Positions 43,002 through 58,437 of a stretch of DNA of 64,000 bases are shown here, in pieces; position 1 is the first letter of the stretch; every line of letters starts with the position of its first letter. A model generated the notes under the pieces. The model saw only the letters and a list, made by a program, of their open reading frames with translations, was not told the origin of the DNA and searched no databases. Both the position numbers and the translations under genes were made by a program. Source of the stretch: Macrostomum hystrix (Eukaryota; Animalia; Platyhelminthes); NCBI GenBank assembly GCA_950097015.1, contig CATNEN010000007.1:13082001-13146000 (forward strand). The letters are read 5' to 3'.

Positions 43002-44697
43002 TGCTTTCTCGATTCGCCCATCACGGTAATTTATAGGCCACAATGCCACGCGGATAGTTCAAGCATCAGATAGATATAAGCTTCCCACTTGGATCGTTGC
43101 TCGATGCGCTACTATCGATGAATTAACAACAATAGACAAAGGTGGCTTTTTGCTTGCATCACTGCCACCGTGCATTTATCACCAATTGTCAAATGCGATT
43201 GTGAACAACTGCTGGCGTTTGACGCGCTCCGGCTCGACTGAAGCAGCCGAGTCCGTGGGTGTCAGGATTGGACGAAACTGGAATCTTACTAGCTTTCTAA
43301 GGAGAGTCTAATTGTTGAAAGCGTGAAGAAACAAAATGCAACTATATCGTAGAAAAATAGATCGTGAAAATCATTAAGATTCTTAGACAATTATCGGAAG
43401 AATCGTATAAGTTCTGATTAAACAGTGCAATTTTTTAAAGATCTTACAGGACCTTCCATAATAATGAATCGGTCTTGAAAGATAATTTCAAGATTTTCAA
43501 AAGATTGCGCTCCGGGAAACCTATCGCATATTGCTCAACACCACGCTAACCCAAACGTGAAACGGCTTCAAGAGCTTAAAAGAGCAACGCCTACTAGGAA
43601 TATGTTGCATCTTCAACAGATCTTCCCAAGTAAAAAGAATAACTGCAGGAGGCCTGCGGGCAATGGGCACATCATTTGGTGACACTAGACATGCAGCCAG
43701 CGAGGAGGCAATTCTGCCCATTTTGTGCACACACGCACACAGGTGCGTATATCTGCTCTGACTTTCTCATCGTCAGGCAGTGTAAACTTTCACAGTGCCT
43801 TGAAGGTTGGCCCTCAAGGGCGTAAATTGCTCGACAAGCCCCAAGCCTTCTCTCCGATCCGCGACTACTGCGCCCCAATTTATAATGTGACCTTACAGCG
43901 GAATCGAGTTTAGGGACTTTGCTGCGAGAGGAAGACGCGTAAACCCTCTGCCACTTACACACCAAATCTTACCTGCTACAGTTAATTTTTCTACTCGTAA
44001 AGAGTATTTTTGTGCATTTCTATGCCCATTAAATAAAATCATGCACCCCAAGGCTGACCAGCGTTTCCGCTTGCGCTAGCTATCTGGGTCAGCTTTGGCT
44101 CTCATTGTGAGAACCTCGTACGAAGCAGTGCTTGAGAATTTCAGTTAAGGTTTTCTTTACGCATTTTCATTTCAGAGGCACAGAAGCAGCCAACGAATAT
44201 AAAAAGGTTTATAGCCATGTGCTAACGAAACCAGCTTATTGACAATTTCGTGAAATTATATTGACATTGTATTGGATTAACAAGCACCGAAAAACTTATC
44301 TACAGTAAATGTAGCTCTTTAATTTTTCTGGCGTTTTTAATGCACTTATCAATAGCAAAAAAATGTACAACAAAGACAATTTTTTACTTAAGTTCTGATC
44401 GGTTGATAATAGTGAAGCAAAAATTTAAACTGCACAAGGTTAGTTGCGTGGCGGACTTAAACAAACGTTTAGCTCACTAAAAGCTGCGCTACTCTGCAGT
44501 ACCTAAACAGTTATCTTAGTATATTAATGAGACACAAAAAATTAATTATTTTATAAAAACGAACAAATGTTTTTTGTGGGATCTACTTTTGCAAATGCTA
44601 AATATAAGTTGTTGTCTCTGACCACTCGTTATACACAACAGTTCTCGACACTTTTCGCTGATTGAATTCAGAGCGCCTACCGGCACAAAATAGGAAA

Positions 44698-47324
<2,627 letters not shown>

Positions 47325-48651
47325 GCTGACTCGGGACCTGAACTCTTTGTTTTCTCTCGCTTTTGTCTTTGTTTTTTCTTCAATTTTTGCTGTTGACGTA
47401 GCGCATCGCCTCCAAGCTGATGCGGGGCGTGAAGTTAATCAGTAACTGTCCTCACTAAACCACCTTGGATCATCGTTGCATGTAAAATACGCAGAAAATG
47501 TTAGTGAACTTTTCGATGCTATTCTGTTATATCGCCTACTTTATCATAGTCTATTATTATTGAATGTCTGGATAGCGTGAGTTTATTAAATGGTCACTAC
47601 TACAACAGTTTTTGCGCACCATACCCGAATTCATTGGGCTGATCCTTCAGCACTCAAGCGAGTTATTACTGGCTTTTAGACTGTTGCTCCATTATCAAAC
47701 TTTTCTGTTTGATTCCCGTGACCTTTGACTGACATTTAGCAAAGCAATAGATAAGGATTGTTTCAAATCTACTGCAGTCATTGCCCCTAACAAAATATAC
47801 GCTGGAGCCAAGAGTGACTCCTGTTTTCTGAGTCTGCAAATTATGTCCTTATTCATGATGCATTGTCCACAATCCAGCCAGGCAAGCAGTCAGCCAGCAT
47901 CTGGTTTCCGTTTTAAAGCTTCGATTTGATTGCCTCGAAGTTTATCAGGCGGCGTTTATAAAGATTTCCGGAACTTTAAAAACAAAAAAGCTAGGAATTA
48001 ATAATGCCTTGCATAACAAAGAGTTAACCAAAACCAAAAAACATGCAAGATCAACAAATAATATTGCAGAGCTGCCTGCACCGTAGCTTGCTGCATCTGC
48101 AATTTTAGCTGCAGGCTGCAAGAATTTTCACGTTATTTAGCTTCATGCATGAGTGCATCTTAACAACATCTGAAGTACATACATCTGAATGTACTCGTAT
48201 GTTGTCTTGAAAATTTTCATGATTTCTATATAATTCAGCTTTTAAACGATTTATCAAAGTTCGAAGATGTGTTGAATACACCAGTGCGCAATAGCCTGTA
48301 TCAAATGCAGCTAATGCATTGTGGCGCCGACATCAAACTTGAATCTGCTTTATTTCGATATTTCCACATCAGTAAGTATAAAAACCTGCATGGCTCACTG
48401 CATGTTAACTTCCCAAATTGGCGTTTTATTAATTGAACACGTATATGTCACATACACAATGCTGCTCTGTTGCCTGAGTCGTTTGAAGCATTTCAAATGA
48501 ATCCAGAAGATCTGCATGCAGTCGATTGTGTGCATGTGTGCACTTGCAATTGCAAACTGAAGCGAAATTAAAATCGAATAATAGAGAATAATAATATTAT
48601 AAATTGAAAACCTATGAGATGAGATAAAAAACCGCGTACTGTTGATATTAA

Positions 48652-49040
48652 TGATCCATGGAAGCAGGTGAGGTGTCGCTTCAGGTCTACTGGCAGGCAG
48701 CGTATCAGTGTGGCCTTTACCATGTCGGGGCTCTCGTTCAGGCCGCACTGAGCCATTTTGGACGTCAAACGCTTGACGAAGACTGATGGCATATCGCCAC
48801 CGAGGTCGGAAGTATTCAGCACCTCGTTGAACTTATCCTGCCGGCTCTTTTGAAGCATGCCGAGCACGCTGTAGTTGGGAGGTGTCCCCGCTGATACGAG
48901 CACGAGCGACGTCCTCGGGCAGCTGGCAGATGAGGTGGCTAAAACGCGTCTTCTCGAAGGTGATGATCCGCAATTCGAACTGCGCGTCCAGCATCCGGAA
49001 CCACGCTTCAGGGTTGTTCCGAATAGAACGCTGGTATTTT
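48652..49040 (-). mobile_element. Frameshifted Ty3/Gypsy-type gag N-terminal relic
   Basis: NNPEAWFRMLDAQFELRIITFEKTRFSHLICQLPEDVA, then after a frameshift LGGDMPSVFVKRL...LIRCLPVDLKRHL; matches the PxxWFxxxEAQF-type gag N-terminus. Confidence 0.75.
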
Positions 49041-50105
49041 AAGCAAGGTTGACGGCCGGCAAGGAAGAGTCCTCCGCGGGTGCTAGGTTTTCTTGTCCAG
49101 CCGAGAGCGGCGCTGCAGAACTGTTTGCACTTTGCATTGGTGGGGCCAAGCCGTCAGAGTGTGATGCTGATGTTTCTTCGTTTGAAATTTGTGATGCCTC
49201 ACCGGACTAGTTGGAAATGTTTTGGTTTAAAGGAATTGAGCGAAGTCGGTGGTTCTTTAATTGGTCGAAGAAGTCAATCGATTGATTGATTGATTGAGTA
49301 AAAGAAGGAGACAGACGGGGAGAAAGATAGAGGGAGGGAGACAGAGGGAGAGGGAGACAGAGAGAGGGAGATCTATAGACAGGGGAAGGAGACAGCAGTA
49401 GAGGCAGAGAAGAGAGGTTGAGGCAGAATAGTGGAACCGAATATTGGGAGTAAATATTTGTTTACGATAGATTCGAAATACAATTGATCGAGAAGCAGAC
49501 TAGAATACTAATGCAAGCTGCAGACAAAGAGAATACATAAATATATAGAGAGATGTGGTTCTGAATTCAGGACTTATGAAGGTGATATGCAGATGCAAAA
49601 TTCAAGGACCACTAGCCATGGCGATTAACTAGTTGGTAACACGAAATTAAACTAACTATTTTTAAACCCTGGACCCTGGAGAATGGATAATCGTAGTAAA
49701 TCGAGCAACAAACTGGTAGGTCAAAGAGTAGCCCTTTGATTATTCGTCTTATCAAAGACAGCTAAAGAAAGTGTAAAATACATATTGTTAACATCGGCTT
49801 TTATAATAGATCTTGCAATAGATTATCCAATCATATTAGAATGACGAACTCTGACTAAATTGGTGCAAGACAATCTGCTGTCGTCAAGACTACATAAGGG
49901 TGTGTGCCTAGTGCGAGTTTCTGGGAAGTGCCGAAAATGTCCTGTATATGTTTGTATATGTCCTGTAAATTCTTGAAATTCTAGTTTTACTTGGGAAAGA
50001 GCCACTATAATGGAGCCACTATTGGGCGAAAGTGTTCATTGAATGTCGCCATTTTAAATTATGCTATTGGGGCCACGTAAAGTATGTACCGATAAATGTT
50101 TATCA

Positions 50106-50490
50106 GGATCAGACACCTGAGCAACTGGCTTCGATCGCCCATTCGCTGCTGAAAATCCACCAGTCCAACTACTCGCGGATTAACGTGGTGCAGCCACGTG
50201 ACCAAGCAGGGCAGCATCCATCTAACCCGACTCAGGAAACGTCACAACAGTCGCCGGTCGCTTCTTTCCATCTGGGCCAACGACCGGTCGTCTGCCGCGG
50301 ACATACGAGCTATGTACTATTACGCGGTCTCGCACCTGCCGACGCTGGTGCCAGTTCCCGCGTAGCAGACACAGCGACCAACAGCCAAGGATCCTGGGCC
50401 CGAACTAGCGAACTCCGACTCAGTCGCGTTCGAATTCTCCGGAGCGTTCCTTTACGGGAAACGTCAGGGCCTACCGCGATGCCGCAGTGA
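50106..50490 (+). mobile_element. Probable C-terminal half of the same gag relic, opposite orientation
   Basis: DQTPEQLASIAHSLLKIH resembles the LxxLAxxADxI helix that follows the 'LP..R..L' motif in this gag type. Confidence 0.5.
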
Positions 50491-51793
50491 GCAGTGCCAT
50501 GGATACAGCGGCCTTGTGTCAAGGTATAATAAAAATCGGAAGTGCATTGCTGATCAGTGGTAAATACAGCACCTAGCAACAAGAAAGCTGCTCTGAAATG
50601 GTTAAAAGTGTAAGCGGTACAGGTAAGTATATATCATTAATTCAAATAAATTTTACAATTAGCTGCATGTCATAAAATAATTAGAGCCCTAAACCTCCCC
50701 ATCTGGCTGTTGCACATGCCAGATCTATAGATAGGATTAGTGTGGAGATGCGCGGCTGCAATGCCACCGATGGATTTGTCACTAATAGGTATTGCTTTGT
50801 GTACATCCATGACATGTAAATCCTTGAATATATACAGTGGGAACCTTGAACCTCAACCTCGCATCAATTTTCATTAAATTTTCATAACGTTTTTTGCTAT
50901 CGTGAAGTATTTTTCTATTGACCATAGAAAGAGGCAGCAGTGCAGTCTTTCCTAATACATATATGTTATATGTGTTTTTTTCAAATATTTTATTAACCTA
51001 AAATTACGCATCATACTGTTTTCCTATCGCGTTCTCTTAAAAAAATCGATTTGTTTAACCTCAATCATAAAATAAACAAAAAAATCAGCACCTAATCGGC
51101 GTGCGAACCTAAATAATAATAATAATAATAATATACATTCAATCTCGAATACTGAACTGTTAAGGAAAGCAAGTCTCATCATTTCTCATTTCTCTAACAA
51201 CAGCATGTCTTCCAATTGTGGAATGACCTTCAATTTTCGTTTTCGAAGCGCTCAATATTAACAGAGTAGATATATTTGTTTCTTGAATGTCTTCTAATAT
51301 TTCTACACAGAAAGAATTTTTTGTTACCCAATAAAGAAAGACTGAGAACGTGAAGAAATATCTTTTAGTTTTGCATTGGATTTGAAATGAAATTACTCGA
51401 CTGCCGGTAAACCCCCACTATGTATCTAGACCCCAGCCGCTGCCAACCTCACGTCTACCTACCATAAGCTATCCAATAGACGAATAGAGGGCCATCGACA
51501 TCAGTTATTCCCCCCTAACCCCCACCCCAGCTGTAGCGCGATTTGGTTATTGCACTTATTGAGATGAATGATCGAAATTTGAATTTCGCGCAAAGCATAA
51601 AGGCAGCAATTAAACAAAAATAGACTTGCTAGCATCTGTTGGACATGCACCTGCCATAAATCATAGAGATTAAAAAGTGTCTACAAGTCTTGGTCACTAT
51701 GTCGTTGACCCTCTTAGACCCTGGACACTTAGTCATCCATATGACAACAGATAATGAAGTATCCAGGACCCTCAAAATTGTGTGCCTCAAGCT

Positions 51794-51841
51794 CAAGGAC
51801 CACTAGAAGAAGGATCCGGAGAATTCTTCTAGTGGTCCTTG
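51794..51841. mobile_element. 48-bp minimal DNA-transposon derivative (hAT/P-type)
   Basis: Perfect 18-bp TIRs CAAGGACCACTAGAAGAA, 12-bp spacer, 8-bp TSD CTCAAGCT (51786-51793, 51842-51849). Confidence 0.8.
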
Positions 51842-52175
51842 CTCAAGCTCTCTAATGTGCTTCATGCTAGCTACTTGGCTAGGTGCTTGTGTGTCATAAA
51901 AAGATGGTTAGTGTAGCAAGCTGCTCGTCTTTCTATGCCTGCTGGAGCTCTGGGCAGTAGGCTTTGGCGAAAATAGAATTTGCGGCTAGCCACAGGCATT
52001 GGTTGCTCAGTAGGACAGAAGTCTACATCAGGCACATTTGCTAATATAGAGAGTTAGTCATCTCACTGCTCGGGCCACAGTGGGCACTGAATGCAGCAAA
52101 TTTAAAAATAAGAATAACTATTTGTATATTTTATAACTTATAATTAATATCATTTAACAAAGCCATCATCTAGTG

Positions 52176-53066
52176 CAAGGGCAGGCAAACTCCAGATATG
52201 GCCAATGAAGGTCCATGACCTGGCCTGCAGGTGTTTTTTAGGCCCCTACTTTCTAATTTTGTATAGCCCACAGCTATATGGATAAAAAATAACTTAATAA
52301 GGGTTCATTAAAGTTTAATGGCATCTAATCCAAGACAAATTGATTCAATTAGGACATTTTTGTCTGTCTCTGGCCTCTTGTATTCTTGCAAAGTGGTTAG
52401 GCCTACTTGTAAAACTGTGGTTGAAGCAACTAAGACTGCAGTTGGCTTCAGTATGTGGTGGTTGGATATGGATAGGCCAATAGGCAAGTGACAACAAGCC
52501 TGCCAAAGAGCTGAGAGTGTAAAGATTGAGAATGAGTGAGCTTAGGGTTGGCTTATGTATCTTCTTTTCATACACTTGATCCTTTGATCCTTTTTCTGCC
52601 CTTTCCTGCCCTTGTCTATCTGACCTGTACCACTAGGCCTATATAAAGGTAACTAGCATAATTCAAGGTATATGTTTAACATAAACTAAATAAAAAAACA
52701 ATTTCAAATCTCTTCTATTTTATCTTTCTCCATCAATTTGATTGCTTGAAACATCATAATTATGTTTGGAACACTTGCAAAGAAAAGAAAAATTGACATT
52801 GAACATTGCATATTTAACCCAGACTCCCAGAGTAGAAGAAATATTTCTTCATTGAATGCTTTGGCCAAGCCCAGTGCCTCATCGGCTTTAAGACCATGGC
52901 CATTCTAAAAAAGTTTAATATACACTAGGAAGCTGAACACCAAACATCACCCTATGCATCAATTTCTGCCATTGAGAGGAAGGATGCTATCTATTTGCTC
53001 TCTAGCCTACAGACTCCAAACAGAATTATTTTCTGGCCCGTGTTTCAAAAAGTTTGCCCACCTCTG
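52176..53066. mobile_element. Non-autonomous hAT (Charlie-like) element, 891 bp
   Basis: Imperfect TIRs CAAGGGCAGGCAAACT / AGTTTGCCCACCTCTG, subterminal GGCC(C) motifs, 8-bp TSD ATCTAGTG (52168-52175, 53067-53074). Confidence 0.85.
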
Positions 53067-53499
53067 ATCTAGTGCTCTAGTGCTATGTATTATATGACAT
53101 AGTTAACAAGGTTCATTGAATAATGTTCAGCCTGTAATTATACTTGGACTTGCTATTTTTTCAATACTAGCCTTAGGCCCTAGGCCTATCCTTCAATTTT
53201 TGTATTAATTAACAATAGAACTACCAAGGGGGGATTTTCAGTATCTAGGTATAAAAACAGGTATCAAAATGGTTTGGTAGTCATACTGTTAATAAATGTA
53301 GGTTAGGCAACTTTGGCAAATGAGATATTTTCCTTAGGCCTATTTCTGAACAGTTGAATAAGCTAGGCTAGGATTTAATAATAAAGTAATCCTAAAATAA
53401 AAAAAATTGATTATGGGGATTCCAAACATGCTAGGATGGACCAAACCACCTTCTGTAGGTGAGCATGGGCCAATACCCATAGCACTAGACATCAATTGA

Positions 53500-53970
53500 T
53501 GCTCCTTTCCCAAGTCTAGCATAGTGTCTAGGTTGTCTAAAAGTACCTAGGTGTCTAGAAAAGAGATTGGTTTGCATCCCCATGCACAAATTCATCACTG
53601 GCAACCTTTCCTTGTGCTCTAGAATTTTGGCCCTGGTGTTCCACAGATAATTAATGGCCTAAATGCTACACCTAGTCTCAATGGTTGATAGCCATCGTTG
53701 AGGCCAATGGTATCCAGATACTGGCAGTGCACTCTAGGACAGGCAATGTAAAGCTAGTGTATGTTGTTCTGCCAGGACCACTAGGTGCAAGGGCCCATAA
53801 GCTGGGCTTGAAAAGTTTGTGGCATACAGATCATCTGCATAAAAGAACAGTATATTTGTGCATTTGTTGGGTAGGCCTAGCTGGTCAGGAAAGTCATTGA
53901 TAAGCATTGCAAAGAGTACTGGGACCAAGAAACTCCCCTGTGGTAGGCTCTTGAATTTGCAGAACTGCAA
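53500..53970 (-). mobile_element. Decayed non-LTR retrotransposon reverse transcriptase fragment
   Basis: LPQGSFLVPVLFAMLINDFP...FYADD motifs, downstream HLG motif; stops and frameshifts. Confidence 0.8.
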
Positions 53971-54612
53971 CAGCTAAGAAGATAAATTTGGGTGGTTGTG
54001 ACAGCTACCAATCTGCAGACTAAGTTGTGCCACTGGCTGTACATCTGTCCCAACAGAGTTAGGTGTAAAATCTGTGAATCAATCTGTATTATTTAAATTA
54101 TTTTTGCTTGATGTTTTTTGCTTTAGATACAAATATATTTCAGGTCTGTTGAGTTTTGCACATAAGTAACAGATCGGTTTATGTACATTAATATTAAAGA
54201 TTTATTTAACTACTTATATTCAATAAAAAGATATATATATTACTTATATGTTCCTAATTCTATTTATATGTATGTATATATATAATTTTCCTAACCATAT
54301 AGATAAATGTAATGAGATAAATAATAAATATATTGTATTAATTAATTTGCTTATAATATAACAACCAACACAATGCAAAACTCTAAATTGAAAAACTTGA
54401 AACAAAAAATGAGATAAAAATGATCTCGACATACTATGGAAAATTGGGTCACTGATGGTGCACTTCGTAAATTTTTTCATAAATGTTTATTCAATAACAT
54501 ATGCCTAGTAAGTTTTATTTCACATGTAAGCTATGATGCTTGCTTTTTTAAATCGCTCTTAGCTTGACGATTTGCCTGGTTGCTCCTTTCAGAGTGCAGG
54601 CTAAGCAAAAGT

Positions 54613-57164
54613 ATGAAGGGTGGCACCAGCAGTTTGACGGTGTCCAATGCCGACCTAAAAAACAGCCTTGACTGCCTACAGCAGGAGGTGCGAAGAGTCA
54701 AGTATCTGGGCTCCATTGACTACCACGGGTGCGATAAACTACAATCATTATAAAATTGGTTTCTACATTTTAAGAAACTGCTTACCATAACTGTGTTTGC
54801 TGCCAGTCTCTCCTATGCTCAGCTAGGTTTTAATCTTGAGTCTGTTGTGTCTGCATTTTGCAACGAGTCTCTCCAGATTCCCATCAGATCTTTCTATCAG
54901 AGCTCATTGTGTCAGTGTCTTTGAACCTATGCAATCCACTGGGTCAGTGTCTGTAAACCTAGATACAGTCTACTGGGTCAGTGTCCGTAAACCTAGATAC
55001 AGTCTACTGGGTCAGTGTCCGTAAACCTAGATACAGTCTACTGGGTCAGTGTCCGTAAACCTAGATACAGTCTACTGGGTCAGTGTCCGTAAACCTAGAT
55101 ACAGTCTACTGGGTCAGTGTCCGTAAACCTAGATACAGTCTACTGGGTCAGTGTCCGTAAACCTAGATACAGTCTACTGGGTCAGTGTCCGTAAACCTAG
55201 ATACAGTCTACTGGGTCAGTGTCCGTAAACCTAGATACAGTCTACTGGGTCAGTGTCCGTAAGTCTTGTATTGTCTGCAGTCTGTGCAAATCTGCAGTAT
55301 TTCTGTCCATCTGTTTTCAATATTCCAATCATTGCTAGCCGGGCAATTAGAACAAACCTTTCTTATCTTTGTAGCCTGGCGAAGGGTGAATATGCCGATT
55401 TGATTTCGGTGCTGCGGCATCTGCTCTGCGACTTCAGCCCAGCGCTTACTGGCCACCTCAACAAGCTTGGCTATGAGCTGGCCGGTAAGGAGGAGCGCCG
55501 CTTCCTCGAGACCGTGTACCTGCTGCTGCGGGATCAGCTCAGCTACCGGCCGGCCCTTACCTGCGCTCAGTTCCTTAGTCAGAGCTACCCCAGCCGCAAA
55601 GCTGCCATGGTAGCTGATGTCTGCCGCCTGGGCCGCGAACTCGCCGCCCGCCTGCGACGACCAACCGTTCAGCGGTCCGTTTTTGACCCTCAGCGGCTGA
55701 AGCGGCCTGCCACTGCGGCAGTTGCAGCAGCTGGAGAAGTTGAAGTCATCGAGACCGTGCCGACCAATGCTGGAAGTTTAGGCGAGCGACCGAAATCCGC
55801 CGGCATTGGCAGCGGAGGACACGCGCCCAGAGCGCAGGTTGTACGGGAGCCCCGGCACCCCAGCAGCTGCGGCGCCAGTCCCAGGGCTCCAGCTTCTCAT
55901 GCCGCATCATCGGGGGCAAATTTTCCACTGGCTGCCAGATACTCCGTGCCTGTCACCACTGTACTGGCTTCCGAGGATGGTCAGTACTTGCCTGTGCTCT
56001 TTTGTCTTTTTGTAGCACCTAAGAAGTTTCTGTGATTTTGAACTCCTTATCCCTTGGGTTTCAGGATTTAGGAAGGAAAAAAGTTTTTACTAGCGTACGC
56101 GATCAATAGGTGTTGATTTGCATATATATTTTCGGTAAATAACTGATTCATTTTTTAAGGTTTTCAGCTTTTAATGTTTTCAGCTTAACTCATCCGATTA
56201 TCAGTTAAAGCAGCAAAAGTTTTATTTCTGTATCCGTGAGCATGCGTTCTCAGGCAAAATTCTCAGGGGTCAGCAAAATGGACAGAATTGTCTTCTCGCT
56301 GGCTGAGAGTCGACTGTCGCGAACAGAATACTTCAGCGCGCACAATTAAAATGAAAAAAATATTAATTTGAAAATGCAGACGGAGCTTTACCTATTATAA
56401 CAAATTTCTTCTGCATCAGTTGTAGTGCACTTCCTTGCTACTATGTTAATTTTGTTAATTTTGTTAACTAGTAAGGATATATTTTAGCGAACGTATTTTA
56501 TGGAATTTCTGCAGAGCCACCTGAGCTGACCAACCGTGGTGTTCAGACAGGCCCTTGGGCTGCCGAGCAGCGGGTGGCCGAGCTAGCTGGCTGCCTGGCT
56601 CAGCAGGTCTCAGACCTCGCGGCACGGCTCACCTTGCTGGAGCAACGTGTGGCGCGTTTGGATGGCGTGTCGCCGCCTCACCCGCAGCAGTCGACTATGG
56701 CAGCCGCCTCCGGGAACCACCGACAGTCGCAGCCGCCGCCGTCGGCTCCAACCGATCAGCGTCACTGGGCGCAGCAGCTCCCAGCAAGCAGCTTCAGTAG
56801 TGGCATAAGTGGCGGCGGTCGGCTCATGCAGGGCCGCCTGCAGACATCGGACGATTCGCCGACGCGATCTCAGCCGCAGCCATCGGCTGCTATTGCCACG
56901 GATTTTCGCCGCCGGCCGCTGGTGTCGCCTTCACCGCCTCCGTTGCTTCGCAGCCGCAGCCGGGAGGCTTCGGGCAGCGAGGACGTGGCGACGTCTGCGA
57001 CTCGAGTAACGGCTAACTCAGCAGCAGCAGCTGAGGCGGAGGCAACGGCCGAGATCAAGCAGGACCTGCTGAGCCAGGCGAGACGCATCGAGCGACTCAT
57101 TGCGGGCACTCAGTCGCTTCTGGGCTCGGCCACCACGCCAATGCTGCGCGCCTCAGCCGAATGA
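54613..57164 (+). CDS. CEP44: Centrosomal protein of 44 kDa (CEP44), ~456 aa
   Basis: Exons 54613-54728, 55375-55979, 56515-57164; DLKNSLDCLQQEVRRVKY...GLAKG...ELAGKEERRFLETVYLLLRDQLSYRPALTCAQFL matches the CEP44 N-terminal domain. A possible upstream exon 50598-50622 splices in frame to the acceptor at 54593. Confidence 0.88.
54937..55262. repeat. 34-bp intronic minisatellite in CEP44, ~9.5 copies
   Basis: Unit CTACTGGGTCAGTGTCCGTAAACCTAGATACAGT. Confidence 0.95.
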
Positions 57165-57874
57165 TGCAATCGCTTTTGGAGCTAATGTAGCGCTCACTTG
57201 ATGTTTTGAATAGGCTCAGAGCTTTTATATTAGCGAGAGTGGGATTAAAATGCTTAGCAAAAATATCTGTCACTAATTTCATGGCCATGCCCACTGATTC
57301 GCTCCTTGATGCGCATTGCTTGGTTGTCCTTGTTCGTCTCTGCTCTGGCTCATTAAGCTAGCTTTGATTCACGAGCTGCCGGCTGGTGGCCCAACATTAG
57401 GTACTCTTTTTTCTCTTTCCGAGAGCTTGCTGCTTGCTCTTTTTTATCTCTCCGAATGCTTGCTAGGACCAGCAGGTGCTGATTTTTATAATTGCATTGT
57501 GCAAATTCGAAACGACCTTTAAGAAGTCGTCCCACCTGACCGAAACCGTCCGCATCTCCTTTTCATTTTCCACGTCTATTTATTTACCTGAATACCTGAG
57601 TGTGATTCAGCTCCTTATTTACTGGCCATGCCGTGAAAACTCCTAAATACAATGATTGCCTTGCTGTGCAAGCTGGAGGGCGGGTTTCTGTGCTTGCTTC
57701 ACGGGTGCCACAGAACTTTTATTGCACTCCTGCGTGTAGTTGGCTATGAAACGAATCGATGCTATGCTCTTTAGCTTGACTGGAATTTGTCTTAAATCAA
57801 TGATAACAAGCATTGCATCGCCTGGCAGAGCCTACCTACTACCCACATTTAGTGTACTACCTCTGTTCCTTCTG

Positions 57875-58030
57875 CGAGCCACCTACTACCCCCAGTTCAC
57901 TGAGGAGCCACCTACTACCCCAGTTCACTGAGCGAGCCACCTACTACCCCCAGTTCACTGAGCGAGCCACCTACTACCCCAGTTCACTGAGCGAGCCACC
58001 TACTACCCCAGTTCACTGAGCGAGCCACCT
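57875..58030. repeat. 29-30-bp minisatellite, ~5 copies
   Basis: Unit GAGCGAGCCACCTACTACCCCAGTTCACT. Confidence 0.9.
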
Positions 58031-58437
58031 TTCCCTTGTTCTATTCGTTGTTTCAGCTACGGTTTACTGACATTCTGTGAAATTCAAGACACTCTCATAG
58101 GTCTACGAGTCTACGAGTCATAGAGCTCGAGTAATTCACTTTTTTGTGCGCACAAAATAACAAAACATTTGTGTGCAAACCAAGCAAAGATTCTTAATAA
58201 AGTTATGTGCGCGGGGGTTAAGGTTTCGTTCTGAAGATATACAATAATAGAAAATGAAAGAATAGTTACTTGGAGATTATGATCTAAAACTGGGGCTTAG
58301 TAAGCTAGTAATATCAGTTGCGTTAATACATTGCATTTGGGTCCACGCAGTCCATACTGTCTTTAAGTGTAGTCATTTGCGGGAAGCCTTTCCGCCTGCA
58401 TTGAAGACGCTTAATTTTTTAAGTAAAGTAAATTCAT

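Larger units (their letters stand above)
41444..44205. repeat. 189-bp inverted repeat pair (41444-41632 / 44017-44205) enclosing 2.4 kb
   Basis: Arms are reverse complements with ~4 mismatches. Confidence 0.92.

Noticed and set aside
43020-44010. Possible transposase inside the inverted repeat
   Set aside because: Only short ORFs; no DDE or other recognisable motif
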